A stretch of 64,000 nt of DNA from Caecitellus pseudoparvulus (Eukaryota > Protista > Bigyra: Bicosoecida). The notes under the pieces were generated by a model. That model ran no database searches, had not been told where the DNA came from, and worked only from the letters and a program-made list of their open reading frames with translations. Positions 23,188 to 34,195 of this stretch are shown one piece after another. The stretch covers positions 310,001-374,000 of the forward strand of contig CBFFRQ010000068.1 of NCBI GenBank assembly GCA_965644315.1. Direction: 5' to 3'. Position numbers and translations under genes: made by a program. The number at the start of each line of letters is the position of its first letter. Position 1 is the first letter of the stretch.

Positions 23188-26145
23188 CTATCCTTCTTGC
23201 CCCGCCGCCTGGCAAAGGCTTCCTGGGTCGCTTTCAATTTGTGCGAAGCGTCGAAGTAGCAAGCGCGAGGCCATGCCGCCATATCTCCGCGCCGCAGCAA
23301 ACGACAGGAATGCAGCGTACGTGGCGGGCGTCCAGCACGCCACCTCTGCATCCAGCAGTTGTTCCACGCCCAGGACACACCTGGCCCAGTGTGCCGCCCG
23401 CGAGTCGCCTGCGTCCGCTCCACCGTGCGGCTGCCACGACCCCCGCTCCGCCGGCTGCACCAGTAACAAGGGTGCGACATCCACAGGCAGGTCGGGGTCC
23501 ACGGGCGTTGCCGTCACTGCACAAGCTACAGCTTCTGCCAGGCTTGCATCCAGTGGCAGCTTGTGCAGGTGCCGGAGCATGCTTGTCAGGTGCAGCGCCA
23601 GGTCTGTGTGGCGGGCTGCTTCAGCGAAGCGCAGGGCAGCGAGGGTCCACGCTTGGATGGTTGCCGGCGGCACAGTGTGGCCCGCGGTGGCTGGTCGCCC
23701 CGCTCCCCGCGCCCCACTGTCCACCAGCATGTGCTGTGCCCAGCTGAGGGCTGTGCTGGGCGCCACCTCCTCTGCGTGGGCTGCTGGGTGCACGGGGGGC
23801 CACTCGTGGCTGGGCGGAGTGGCTGGCTCGGCAAAGGGGGACACTTCCCCTGACCGGTCGCTGCCCAGGTACAGTACGTGGGCATGCCGTTGCAGGGCAG
23901 CTCGGGACCACCAGGCGCCCTTGCCCTGCAACTTGTACTGGTGGAAGGGCAGCGTGCAGGCCAGGTATGCGTCGTGGGCGGCGGCCTGTGGTACGTACAG
24001 GTCGGCAGGGCGCCCATGCCGCTGGGCGTGCCGCAGACAGTGCAGGATGAAGGCACTGGCGATGGGCATGAGGGTGTCCAGTTGCACCTCGCTGTCAGAC
24101 GCGGCTTGCCAATACCAGGCCGCTGCTGCCTGGATGTGGCCGAGGTGGATGTGTGCTGTGGCCAGCGCCGCGCAAGTGTGCCCAGGCAGCGTCCAGTCAC
24201 GCTGAAGGGCCAGCGCTCCCGCTGCTGCAGTGCAAGGGTGGTCAGCGATGTTGGAGGCGGCCTGCACCAGGGCAGCGGCGTGACCTGGCGAGTCCAAGCC
24301 CGGCACCATGCCCGCAGCAGCTGCGCCCAGGGCAGCAGCTGTGTCGGCAGTCGCGCCACGCCCACACAGCTCCGACGCAGCCACCAGCGCCTCCAGCGCA
24401 CCCGTGGTCAGCGCAGGGCGTGTTGCAGGCGCGGAGGCGGGCGCCGTCTCCACGCCCTGGCTGGGCGGCAGGCAAGCCAGGGCTGTGCGGGCGGCGGCAT
24501 CTGGGTGGGCGACGTCCCGCGCCAGGCTGGCCGCCACGCCCCCGGCGTGCTGCACACAGCCCACGCGGCGCACGAGGTCTGCGGCAGCGTACCAGTCCAG
24601 CCGGTGCACAGAGCAGGGCGCAGTGAGGCTGGCCAGTACCACGCGCACACAGGCGTCAGTGGCGGGGTGGTCTGGCGCCTGCCCTGCCAGGGCGGCGAAG
24701 GCCTCCACCTGCCGCGTGAGCCGAGCATGGGCTGCCTGCGCCTCCTCCCTGCTGTGTGGCTGGGGGCGGGTGAGGATGGCCAGGGCAGCGCTGGGGAGGG
24801 GCGCCACGCCGCGGGTGGGTGTCGGTCGCAGGGTGGCCAGGTCTCCTTGCAGCGTCACGGAGCGGAGGAGGGTGGCCACCGCCCTGGGCGCACCGGGGCC
24901 TGCCACTGCCGCTGGCTTCAACAAGCAGGCAGCCTCGGTGGGGTGCAGGGCCCCCCCTCGCAAGGTGGCCTGTGTCGCCAGGATGCGGCGGGCAAGGTTG
25001 CTGCCGCGGTGCGCCGTCAGCGCTGCGGCCAGGCGTGTGGCCACGTCAGGGTGCAGAGGCAGCCCCGCCGTGGCGCCGTCGTCGGCGATGCTGACAGCTG
25101 CCTTCAGCGCGCTGGGTGGTCCGGGGTGGCGCTGCTGGGGCACGCTGGCGCGCAGGCAGGTGGCGACGACCGCTGAGAGGGCGGTGGTGGAGGGGGGTGG
25201 GCCGTGGCGGCGGCGCCACATGTCCAGCACCAGCTCTGCGTGCTGCTCAGGGTGCTGTCGTCCACAGGGGCAGGTCGCACATGCAGAGGCGAAGGCGGCA
25301 GCGTAGGCGCCAGACACGCCGCCCTGCCCAGCGCCAGGCATGCCGCAGGCGAGGGGGGGGGTGGACGTGGCTGCAGGGGGGGGTGCGCTGTCCGCTTGGG
25401 ATAGGAGGGCCCCTGACGATAAGGACGCAGGGGGGTGCCGCCCGCCGCCCACGGTCCCCCGTGCGCACGTCGCCGCGGCGTGGGAGCACAGGGCCCCCAG
25501 CGCTTCCCTGGGCAGAGCGCGCCAGAGGTCCTCCCGCTCAGGGGGGGGGACGCCGGGTGCGGTGGCCAGGGCGATTGTGGAGGCGACGGTGTCCTGCACC
25601 ACGCGGGCGACGCGGTGCTGGTCCTCCTCCCTCATGGCTGCCGCTACGGCTGCTGCCCCTGCCGCGTTGTCCACGGACAGGGCCAGGGCGGCCAGGTCAG
25701 GCAGGGCGGCGTGCAGGGGCTGGGGCGCCTCGCCACCCGCCGTGCTCAGGCACGCGTGCACACGGTGCAGGTCCTGCAGTGTCTCTGCGCGCTGTGCCGC
25801 GACGCTGGAGAGGCAGGTCAGGTTGGTGGCGCCGGAGGCCGCCGCCATGGTCAAGCACTCGTAGGCCTGGCTGGCCGAGGCCAGGCGCTGGGCGGCGGCG
25901 CCCAGCAGGGCTGTTGCGTCATTGTCCAGGCGCAGGCCGGCCTTGTAGCTGACGCGCACGTCGTTCAGGAGGGAGGTGAAGGATTCCTGCGTCGTGCACG
26001 CCTGGGTGGCTTCCTTCAGGGCTGGCAAGCTGAAGAACTTGGGCGGTGCGGAATATGAGGCGAGCCCCCACAGCCCCCGAACCGGCGCCGCCTGCCTGCC
26101 AGAGCGGGCCCGAAGGAAGGCAGCCCAGGCCCAGGGAGCAGGCAT
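23188..26145 (-). CDS. Probable mitochondrion-targeted alpha-solenoid (degenerate PPR-like) protein
   Basis: Arg/Ala-rich, acid-free N-terminus MPAPWAWAAFLRARSGRQAAPVRGL; helical Ala/Leu-rich body; PPR-like segments PSTTALSAVVATC and TPATYAAFLSFAA. The upstream part of the ORF-track call overlaps another gene and was trimmed. Confidence 0.55.
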   Translation of the reverse strand: MPAPWAWAAFLRARSGRQAAPVRGLWGLASYSAPPKFFSLPALKEATQACTTQESFTSLLNDVRVSYKAGLRLDNDATALLGAAAQRLASASQAYECLTMAAASGATNLTCLSSVAAQRAETLQDLHRVHACLSTAGGEAPQPLHAALPDLAALALSVDNAAGAAAVAAAMREEDQHRVARVVQDTVASTIALATAPGVPPPEREDLWRALPREALGALCSHAAATCARGTVGGGRHPPASLSSGALLSQADSAPPPAATSTPPLACGMPGAGQGGVSGAYAAAFASACATCPCGRQHPEQHAELVLDMWRRRHGPPPSTTALSAVVATCLRASVPQQRHPGPPSALKAAVSIADDGATAGLPLHPDVATRLAAALTAHRGSNLARRILATQATLRGGALHPTEAACLLKPAAVAGPGAPRAVATLLRSVTLQGDLATLRPTPTRGVAPLPSAALAILTRPQPHSREEAQAAHARLTRQVEAFAALAGQAPDHPATDACVRVVLASLTAPCSVHRLDWYAAADLVRRVGCVQHAGGVAASLARDVAHPDAAARTALACLPPSQGVETAPASAPATRPALTTGALEALVAASELCGRGATADTAAALGAAAAGMVPGLDSPGHAAALVQAASNIADHPCTAAAGALALQRDWTLPGHTCAALATAHIHLGHIQAAAAWYWQAASDSEVQLDTLMPIASAFILHCLRHAQRHGRPADLYVPQAAAHDAYLACTLPFHQYKLQGKGAWWSRAALQRHAHVLYLGSDRSGEVSPFAEPATPPSHEWPPVHPAAHAEEVAPSTALSWAQHMLVDSGARGAGRPATAGHTVPPATIQAWTLAALRFAEAARHTDLALHLTSMLRHLHKLPLDASLAEAVACAVTATPVDPDLPVDVAPLLLVQPAERGSWQPHGGADAGDSRAAHWARCVLGVEQLLDAEVACWTPATYAAFLSFAAARRYGGMASRLLLRRFAQIESDPGSLCQAAGQEG

Positions 26146-26245
26146 GACTGTGCAGTGTGTGCTTGCGCAGGGCGCCCCCAGCGCCCAGCGTAGCACTGCA
26201 GCAGCAGCATGTATTTTGCCCTGCGCTGGCTGTGGCACTCGGCTC

Positions 26246-28746
26246 TCACTCGGCGGCGCCAGGCTTGGCGGCCTTCTTGCTGCGCAGGCCGCGCGCAGTG
26301 TCGGGGCGCCCCCACCGCAGGTCAGCCACGACGAAGACGGCGTTGAGGCGGCCCACGCCCAGGTCCCGCAGGCGCATGCCGAAGTGCGCTGTGGCCTCCA
26401 TGACACCGCCGCCGCCGCCACAGGAAGACCGGTCCAAGCCGAAGTACCCCGGTCGCCGCCGCCGCCCCTCCTCCTCATCCAGCACGTCCCCTGGCACGTG
26501 GGTGGCCCAGTACCCACGGTCCAGCCACAGCGCCCAGGCGGGGGGGCGCCCAGACACGCCGGGAGGGGCGTCCCCCCCCAGGGCACCGGCGGCGGGGTCC
26601 CCCCCCTCGCCCAGCGCCTGCAGGAGGTGCCCCACTGTCGCGTCTTCGTGCAGCTCCAGCGTGATGCCGGGGCGCCCGTCCACTGTGGCAGGCAGGTTCT
26701 TGCCGTGCACCACCACCAGCATGGCGTGGCGGGCGGCCAGGTCAGCCTGCACGGCGCCCAGGTCTGTGGGGGGGGGGCCCACAGACGGCGTGGGGGGTGG
26801 GAGGGGGGCTGGCGCGGCGTACCCTGCCGGCAGATCCCCTGCCAGAGCCTGCAGACTGGGCGTGTCCGCAGGCACGGGCGGCCAGGCCGGGCTCCGCCCA
26901 CAGTACGTGTGGGGGGACAGGGGCATGACAGCGGTGATGGCCCAGGGCAGGGCACACCAGGTGGTGGGGGTGTCCAGGGGGGGTGCGGCCGGCACCAGGG
27001 GGGGGGTCATGCCCGCCACCAGCGCAGACACAGCGGACCCGTGCAGCAGGCGCAAGGAGGCGCCGGGTCCGGAGGTGGCGGGGGTGGTACCGCGGGTCTC
27101 CCGGGTGTTCTTGGTGAACAGACCCAGAACACCCTCGCGCAGCCACACCTGCGCCAGGTCCCGCAGGGGCAGCGTGGGCGGCGCCACGCTGCAGCCAGCG
27201 ACGGTCGCCAGCGCCTGTTCCGGCTGCCCCTGTTCCGGCTGTGCCGGGGCAGGTACGGGCAGAGGCAGCCCGGGCAGGGCGCCCGGCCCCCACGCCTTGC
27301 CCCAGGCAGCGCTGAAGGCGGGGCCCCACAGGCCGCAGCCCAGGACGCCGGCGGCCCCCCCAGGGAGGGGCACGTCCCCCCCCCGCGCAGCCTTGGTGGC
27401 CCGTGCCTGGGGGCCGTTCAGCGCGACGATGCCGCCGACGGGCAGCGCCAGGCCGGCGGCAGCGGGGGAGTTCGCTGGTGCGTCTGAGGAGGGCGTGAGC
27501 AGGGCGTGGGCGACGGGCAGGGCGGCGCGGGGCTGGCGCAGCTCCAGGCGCAGGGGGGCGCTGCGGGCCAGCAGGGCGATAGCCACTGCCGCCAGGAGGT
27601 CCCCCACCACTGCGCCGTCCAGCTGGGCGTCGGTGAAGGTCAGGGGCACGTCCACTGCCGCCACGTGCAGGGGGGATGTGGTGTCGGGGGGGGGGCGCAC
27701 CACCACGCGCAGGGCCCACGGGTGGTACGTTGTGACTCCCAGGCTGTGCAGGCGGCAACGCAGCGTGTCGGCGGCCCAGTCGTCAGCCACCGCCCCCTCC
27801 CCGGGGGGCGGCGGCAGCAGTGACACGACCTTCTTGCAGCCCTGGGTGAGGGTGGCCACCAAGTGCCCCACGCCAGGCTGGCTGTGGAAGGTGTCCCCCA
27901 CTGATGCGCTGGTGATGCCCAGGGTCGTGGCGCCAGTGGCGGACCAGGCACTGCCCAGGCGGCTGTCCACCGGCACAGTGCCGGAGCCGTGCGCTGGGAG
28001 GGCCGCCACTGCCACCACCTGTGCCGAGTGCAGGGCAGTCGCTGCGGCGTGCACGGCGCCGAGGGTGAGGGGGGCTGTGGGGTGTGCAGGGGGGGTGCTG
28101 GCGCCGCAGGCCAGGAAGTGCAGGGACACCGGCAGCTCGGGCAGGCGCATGAGGGCCGTGGAGTCTTCCTCCTGCAAGGCCTGCGCCTCCCCCGTGCCGT
28201 GTGCGTGGAAGCCAGTGCCGGCCAGGGTGCGCGGTGGCAGGGCGGCTGTGTAGGACGGCAGGCACAGTCCGTGGGGCAGCAGCATGGGGGCAGCGTGGTG
28301 GGCGGGGCGGATGCCGATGTCCACAGGCGCAACTGACACGGCAGGCGCGTCGGGGGGGGGCTGCGCCTGCGCCGGGGCACCTGCGCCGGCTTCGCTGCTG
28401 CCTGCGGAAGTTGCGCCTGCCTCCGGCTCGAAGTGCAGGCAAAACCACTTGCCACGCTTGATGGCCAGGGCGGACAGGGGCGTGTCCGGGTCAATGACTG
28501 CTGCGTCTGTGTCCTTGCCGTCGTGCAGGGTGATGGCAGAGGCGTCCGGCAGCGGCATGCCCTGCGCAGGCAGGCGGCTTGGCGTGGTGGCGGGCTGCAG
28601 CACGCGCCCCCCTTCCCACACACCTTTGCGTGGAACTCCCGCTTCACCATGCGCAGGAGCGCCCCTGCATCCTCCAGTGCGGCCACGTCCACTTTCACGT
28701 TCAGCGTCGGGCCGCCCGACTGTGCGAAGCGGCAGAGGACCGCCAT
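26246..28746 (-). CDS. Uncharacterised protein with ubiquitin-like folds predicted at both ends
   Basis: ATG 28746 (MAVLCRFAQSGGPTLNVKVD...EFHAK). A GT-AG intron at 28562-28623 joins in phase to GMPLPDASAITLHDGK..IDPDTPLSALAIKRG. The C-terminus reads ITLELHEDATVGHLLQAL...RLRDLGVGRLNAVFVV. Confidence 0.55.
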
Positions 28747-29182
28747 GACGCCTACCTCGACCACTGGTGCTTGGAGCTGCACCGTACAGCGCAGGTGTGT
28801 GGAGTCGGCCTGTGGCGTCAACCCTTTCGCATGCAAGGTGTGGTTGTTGGATTTTATTGGAAGGAGGGGGGGGGGTGCGGTGCGCGGACGGGGCTGCCCG
28901 CAAGTGCCTGGCCCAGCGCCCCGCATCCGGCCCACCATCGAGAAAGGTGCTCAGGAGTGACGGCAGGGCGAAACGCCAGAGAACAAGTGGAGCTTGCTGC
29001 ACAGCTGAGGGGTGACAGCAATTCCCCACCGCCGCAGCAAGCAACCCCAGACACGGCATGTGTCTGGAAGTTGTGTTGCTGCTGACCGTGTGCTGCGAAC
29101 AAACCTACTCGCGCAGGTAGGCGCCGCTGGGTGCTGTGCCGTTCAGCTGGCGTTTCACTGGCGTCGTGTGGCTCTGGGAAGC

Positions 29183-31995
29183 ATGGCAGCGCCAGGCGGT
29201 TCCCCTGCGCCGTACGCGCACCTGCCAGACATGGGCGAAAGCATGCTGCCCCTACTAGACCGGGCAGTGTCTCTGTTCGCCGAGGGCGCAGTTGCTCGTG
29301 GACTGGTGGCTGCGTCAGCGGGCCCCGGAGTGCTGGAGGAAATGCGGAAACAGGCCACGGCACCCGGCGTGAACCGCTCCGCCATGGCGCTGAGCATTCT
29401 GGACCGGGCAGCCGCGGTGTACGGAGAGGTGGGGGACGATGCTGCCCTTGCGAACGTCCTGAAAACGCGAGGACTCGTGGACAGCTTGATTGGTGCGCGG
29501 GCGCCTGTCCGCCACCCACGGAAAGCGGCCACCTCACACGCCGCCGCCGCAACCCTGCGCTGCACAGGCCGGTACAAGGAAGCGCGGGTGTCGTTCGAGC
29601 AGGCGACAGAGAAGTGTGAGGCGCTGTTCGGGGCGCAGTCCCCCGTCACGTGTGATACGGTGCGTGCTTCAAGCGGTGTGTAGTTGGTCGTGTGTGGGTG
29701 GCCGTCACTGCGCTGTGCTTCTCAAGCTGCCACCCGAGCAGCGCGGGCTGACAGCGCAGGGCGCTGTTGAGTGCACTCCGCCCATCTCGGTTATGTTAAG
29801 TATGTCTGCCAAGCTGCCCTCTTGCTGCCGCGCGGGCCTGGCGTCGCCCTGGCGCACATGGCGTCGCAGTCACTTGCGTCGGTTTTGTGGCAGTGCCTGA
29901 GTGGGTGGTGCCTGGCAACCAGCAGGCCTGTGCTGCGCCTGTGTCCGCCCCGTGGCCACGCGCAGTGCCTGGAGTGTGGCAGTGTGTGCGTTGTCTGTGC
30001 TGGGCGGGTTTCTCGCCGCCCAGCCCCCCGGCTGCCCGCGGGAAGGGCGCTGGCGCGTGCAGTGCAGGAAGCGCGACTTCGCACACGGCCAGAAACGCAG
30101 CCCTCATGGGCGCCGCACATTGCGCAACTTCGGCTCGCTCCCCCGCCCCCTGCGCAGCTGTACAATGTGGCCATTCTAAACATGGTGCTGGGGCAGCACC
30201 GTCGGGCCGTGGGGCAGCTGCGCCACGTGTACGCTGTCACGGGCGCTGCGGAAGTGCTGCCGAAACTGGCTGCGGCGCAGAGCCAAGCCGGGCAGCAGGA
30301 GTTCTTGGAGTCTTTCTCGGCAGGCCTCTCCGCCCTGCAGCGCAATGACACGGAGACGGCGTCAGCGCACTTTTCCGCCTGTGCCGCCGCTGCCCAGTCA
30401 GTGGGAGACAGCCACGCCCAGGCACAGGCGCTGTACCAGCTGGCCTGCACGGCCACCTCCCAGGGCGCGTGGGACACTGCCACCGCCCGCCTGCAGCACG
30501 CCACTGCCCTGGACCCGTCCCTGGCCGAGCTGGCCAGTGGCGACGAGTCCCTCACGCGCCTCTTCAATGCGCGGCCAGGGGTGTTGAAGGGGGGCGTGCC
30601 GGCCAGTGGCCACGAGGCCGCGCAGGGTGGGCCCACGGCCGCCCCCGCCGCGCTGGCAGCCACAGCGCCGGCACCGCTGGTGCCAGCACCTGCCCTGCCC
30701 CCCCCTGCCCCCCTCGCCCACCCCCAGTCTCTGCACCCCCCCCCTCCACCACCACCACCACCGGCGGCGGTGTCAGCCCCCTCGGCCACGAAGCCATCCG
30801 CATGGCCCGCCTCGTGCGCACGGACTCCCGCGGCAGCCTCATCTCCCTCCTGTCCACAGACAGCCTGACGCCGTCAGGGCACGGCAACGGCAGCCCCGCC
30901 TCGGCCCGCCGCCGGTCCTCCCTGGATGACCTCGCCTTCGCCGCAGCACTGGATGGCAGCCCCACCCTGGGCCCCTGGCTCAGCCCCAGCGGCGAGGCGG
31001 GCGCTGGCGCCGACGCCAGCGCACCGCCCAACCGCCGCCGCTCCCTCTCCAACTCCTCCGACGTCGTCGTCACCAGTCGCACGGCGCAGTCCCTGGCGCA
31101 GGGCGGCCGCCGGGACCGCGGGGACTCCGCCGTGTCCACGCACACCCTGGGCCTGGACCTCGTGGACGCGCCTGGCGCGGAGCCAGGGGGCGTGGACACC
31201 GCCGCCTCAGCCCTCGCGGACCCCGCCCCGCACCTGCGCCGGCAGCGCGCACACCCGTCCACCCCCGCTGAAGTGCCCGGAGGGGGGGACACCGCCCCCG
31301 CCCAGGGCGCGCCCACATCCCCCCTCGCCCTGGCCCTGGACGAGGACGGCTTCGCCCTGCCGGCGCCCCGGCCCGTGTCAGCACCCCCCCCTCCCTCCCC
31401 CTCCCTGGGTGGACACAGCCCCCGTGCCGGCGGCAGCGGCGCCCCTGCCCTCGTCCCCCGCTGCATCAGTGCGGGCAGTGGCGTGTTCGCGCCGCAGCAA
31501 CCGGGGGGGGGGCTGGCCCTGGCGTCCCCCCCCGGCCGCTCCTCCATCCCCTCCAGCCGCCAGAGCTCCATGGGCAGTCGCCAGAGCTCCATGGGCAGTA
31601 CGTCGGGGGGGTCCCCGCCCCAAGTGGCACGGCCCCACCGCAGCCACACAGCAGGGGCAGAGGCCCTGACAGGCGGAGGGTGGGCCCAGGGGGGTGCGCT
31701 GGCCACCCGCCAGCTCAGCCTGGGCAGTGGCAGGGAGGGGGAGGAGGGGGGGGGGCCACTGCCCCATGGGCCCACCCCCCGCACCCGGGCCAGCACAGAT
31801 GGCAGCTTGATGTTCAGCATGCCCCCCCTGCCCCCTGCCCCCGCCCTGCTCAAGGGCAAGGGGGGCGCCGGCCCACCCCCCCTGGGGCTGGGCCCACTCG
31901 CCTCCTCAGCCAGCCGCCTGCACCAGCAGCAGGTGGCGCCTGCCCAGCTGGTCAGTCGCGCCGGCAGCTCAGCAGAGGAGGCCACACTGCCGTAG
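29183..31995 (+). CDS. TPR-repeat protein with a disordered Ser/Pro-rich tail; apparent frameshift in the C9 run at 30736-30744
   Basis: TPR-like helices GRYKEARVSFEQA, LYNVAILNMVLGQH and LYQLACTATSQGAWDTA. Introns at 29493-29567 and 29660-30157. The plausible C-terminus (..RMARLVRTDSRGSLISLL..) is in another frame after the poly-C run. Confidence 0.7.
31558..31599 (+). repeat. Perfect 21-nt tandem duplication encoding RQSSMGS x2
   Basis: CGCCAGAGCTCCATGGGCAGT occurs at 31558-31578 and 31579-31599. Confidence 0.95.
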
Positions 31996-32050
31996 GGCCC
32001 AACCGCAATGCATGCATTTGTCGCGAGGAGGAGGGGGGGGGGGGCACCCC

Positions 32051-32650
32051 TCAATACCGGCGCCCCCTCCCGCGGCCCCGGCCCCGCCGCCCACCACGCC
32101 GTCCGCCGCCGCCAGTGCGCAACTCGCCCTCGGAGAAGAAGGCGAAGTCCACGGCAATGGCCTTGCCCAGGATGTCCTTGCCGTGCATGCCCTCCACGGC
32201 GGCATCCGCCTCCGCCTTGGACCCGAACTCCACAAAGGCGTACCCCTTGGCGAAGCCAGTGCGCCGGTCCAGGTTCAGGCGCACGTCCTTCACGTCCCCG
32301 AAATCCGCAAACGCGTCCACGACGTCGTCTTCCTGCGCCTCCTCGTGCAGACCCGTGACAAAGAGCACCCAGCCCTCGATGGCTGTGCGGGGCAGGGGGT
32401 GCGAGCGGTGCGGGGCAGGCAAGGCAAGCTGCGGAATATGCTGCCCCTCCTCACACTTGGACGGCCCGCGCGGCGCCGAGTGCACCTTGTCGTACAGCCC
32501 GCCACGCGCAGACTCGGAGGAGGCAGGGGTCTCCTCGGGTCCCCGCGCGATGTGGTCATTCTGCTCCACCTGGCCGCTGCCCCCGCCGGCGGCGACTGGC
32601 CCGGTATCTGCTCCGCCGTCCACCTCCATGGGCCCAGCCGGGGCTGCCAT
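32051..32650 (-). CDS. RBM8A: Exon-junction complex RNA-binding protein 8A (Y14)
   Basis: Removing intron 32383-32454 gives [25 protein letters not shown]...[18 protein letters not shown], followed by an RG-rich tail. Confidence 0.96.
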   Translation of the reverse strand: [199 protein letters not shown]

Positions 32651-32936
32651 GCTGCACCTGTGCAGCGGCGTGATATGCAGAGTGGGTACACCTAGCGTGG
32701 CGCGAGGTCGGGGCTTGCCGGTGTGGGTGCGTGGTGCTTCGATTGTGGGGGAGGTGAGCTTCGCCGTCGCACATCCACGCCGCTGCATGAGCACCGACCC
32801 AACACAATCCCTCCCGCAACGCAACCAGGCCCTGCGTGGACTTCATTCTGTCAAAGCTCAAGACTCCACTGTCGTCTGTGTGCCCCTGCACACGCCTCGC
32901 TGGGTTTCGGGTGGTGTTTCGGCGGCGTTTCGAGTC

Positions 32937-34175
32937 ATGTCCAGCCGCTGCAGCAGCGTGCTGCGCGCACTGCACGCACCGCGGCGCAGCCTGAGCACCA
33001 CCCCAGTGCGAGACACCGTGTACATGTTCCCCGGGCAGGGCTCGCAGCGGCCAGGCATGGGTGCGGACCTGATGCGGGACTTCCCCGCCGCACGGGAGGT
33101 GGCGCAGGAGGTGGACGAGGCGCTGGGCTTCGGGCTGTCCAGGGTGATGGCAGAGGGAGAGGTGCGCTGGCCGCCTGCACGCCCGCACGGACTCCCAGCA
33201 GGCTGCACGCTCACCACCCCCCCTCTTTCCCCCCCCTCTGCGCAGGCCGCCGCCTTGCGGGACACTCGTGTTGCACAGCCTGCCATCCTCACCGCCAGCA
33301 TCATGGCGTGGCGCGTGGCGAGGCAAGAGCTGTCCCTGTCGCCAGACGCCGTGTGCGGAGTCATGGGGCACTCAGTGGGGGAGTTCTCAGCACTAGTTGC
33401 CACTGGCGCCCTCACTCTGCCCCATGCCGCCACCATCCTAGCCGCCCGCGGTGCCGCCATGGCCACGGCGGGGGCGGCAGCTGGGAACACCAGCATGGTG
33501 GCGGTGTTCCCAGTGGACCCCGCCGCCGTGCTGGCCATCACCCGGCGCCTGTCCCGCCCAGGTGCAGTGGTGGCGGTGTCCAACTTCAACACGCCATCTC
33601 AGGTCGTGCTGTCGGGGCACGCCCCAGCCGTGCAGGCCGCCGTGGAGGCTGTGAAGGAGGGCGCCCGATGTCGGGTCGTGCCTCTGGCGGTCTCCGCGCC
33701 CTTCCACTGCCCCCTCATGGCACCCGCCATCCCCGCCATCGCAGCTGCCATGGGGGGGTGGGGCGCAGACTCCCTCCTGCCCGACGCCGTCCTGGAGGGG
33801 GGGTGCACCGACGGGCCGACCCCCCCTGCACAGACCCTTGGGGACCTCGCCGCTGAGGTGGGCGCGCCCCTGCCCCCCGCCACACCCCCCCCCAGCCTGG
33901 TCCGCGACAGCCCCCTACCTCTCTTCTCCAACCGCCAAGGCGCTGTTCTATGTTCCGGGTTGGACCTCGCCGCGTCCCTGCTGGGCCAAACCGTGGCTCC
34001 CGTGCATTTCACGGCCAGTGTCGAGGCGGCAATTTCCGCAGGCGGCAGCCGGTTCCTGTCCTTCGGCCCAGGCAGCGAGCTGGCCGGCATGGTGCGGGCC
34101 GTGGCAGGCAAGGGCGCCGGCGTAAAGACAGTGGCGGTGGGCACCGCTGAAGACATGCGTGAGGGAGGGGTGTGA
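32937..34175 (+). CDS. MCAT: Mitochondrial malonyl-CoA:ACP transacylase (FabD)
   Basis: Presequence MSSRCSSVLRALHAPRRSLS; motifs FPGQGSQ, QPAI, catalytic GHSVGE, NFNTPSQVVLSG and VSAPFHCPLM. In-frame 84-nt intron at 33162-33245. Confidence 0.93.
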   Translation: MSSRCSSVLRALHAPRRSLSTTPVRDTVYMFPGQGSQRPGMGADLMRDFPAAREVAQEVDEALGFGLSRVMAEGEVRWPPARPHGLPAGCTLTTPPLSPPSAQAAALRDTRVAQPAILTASIMAWRVARQELSLSPDAVCGVMGHSVGEFSALVATGALTLPHAATILAARGAAMATAGAAAGNTSMVAVFPVDPAAVLAITRRLSRPGAVVAVSNFNTPSQVVLSGHAPAVQAAVEAVKEGARCRVVPLAVSAPFHCPLMAPAIPAIAAAMGGWGADSLLPDAVLEGGCTDGPTPPAQTLGDLAAEVGAPLPPATPPPSLVRDSPLPLFSNRQGAVLCSGLDLAASLLGQTVAPVHFTASVEAAISAGGSRFLSFGPGSELAGMVRAVAGKGAGVKTVAVGTAEDMREGGV

Positions 34176-34195
34176 CACCCCCTCCTGCACACCCC

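Noticed and set aside
26146-26955. Upstream extension of the 1255-aa ORF
   Set aside because: It is an alternative frame over the 3' end of the Ubl-domain gene; ATG 26145 gives a sensible targeting peptide.
31680-32936. N-terminal 419 aa of the 831-aa ORF, suggesting a large FabD fusion
   Set aside because: It is the antisense shadow of RBM8A plus intergenic DNA. MCAT starts at ATG 32937 with a mitochondrial presequence.
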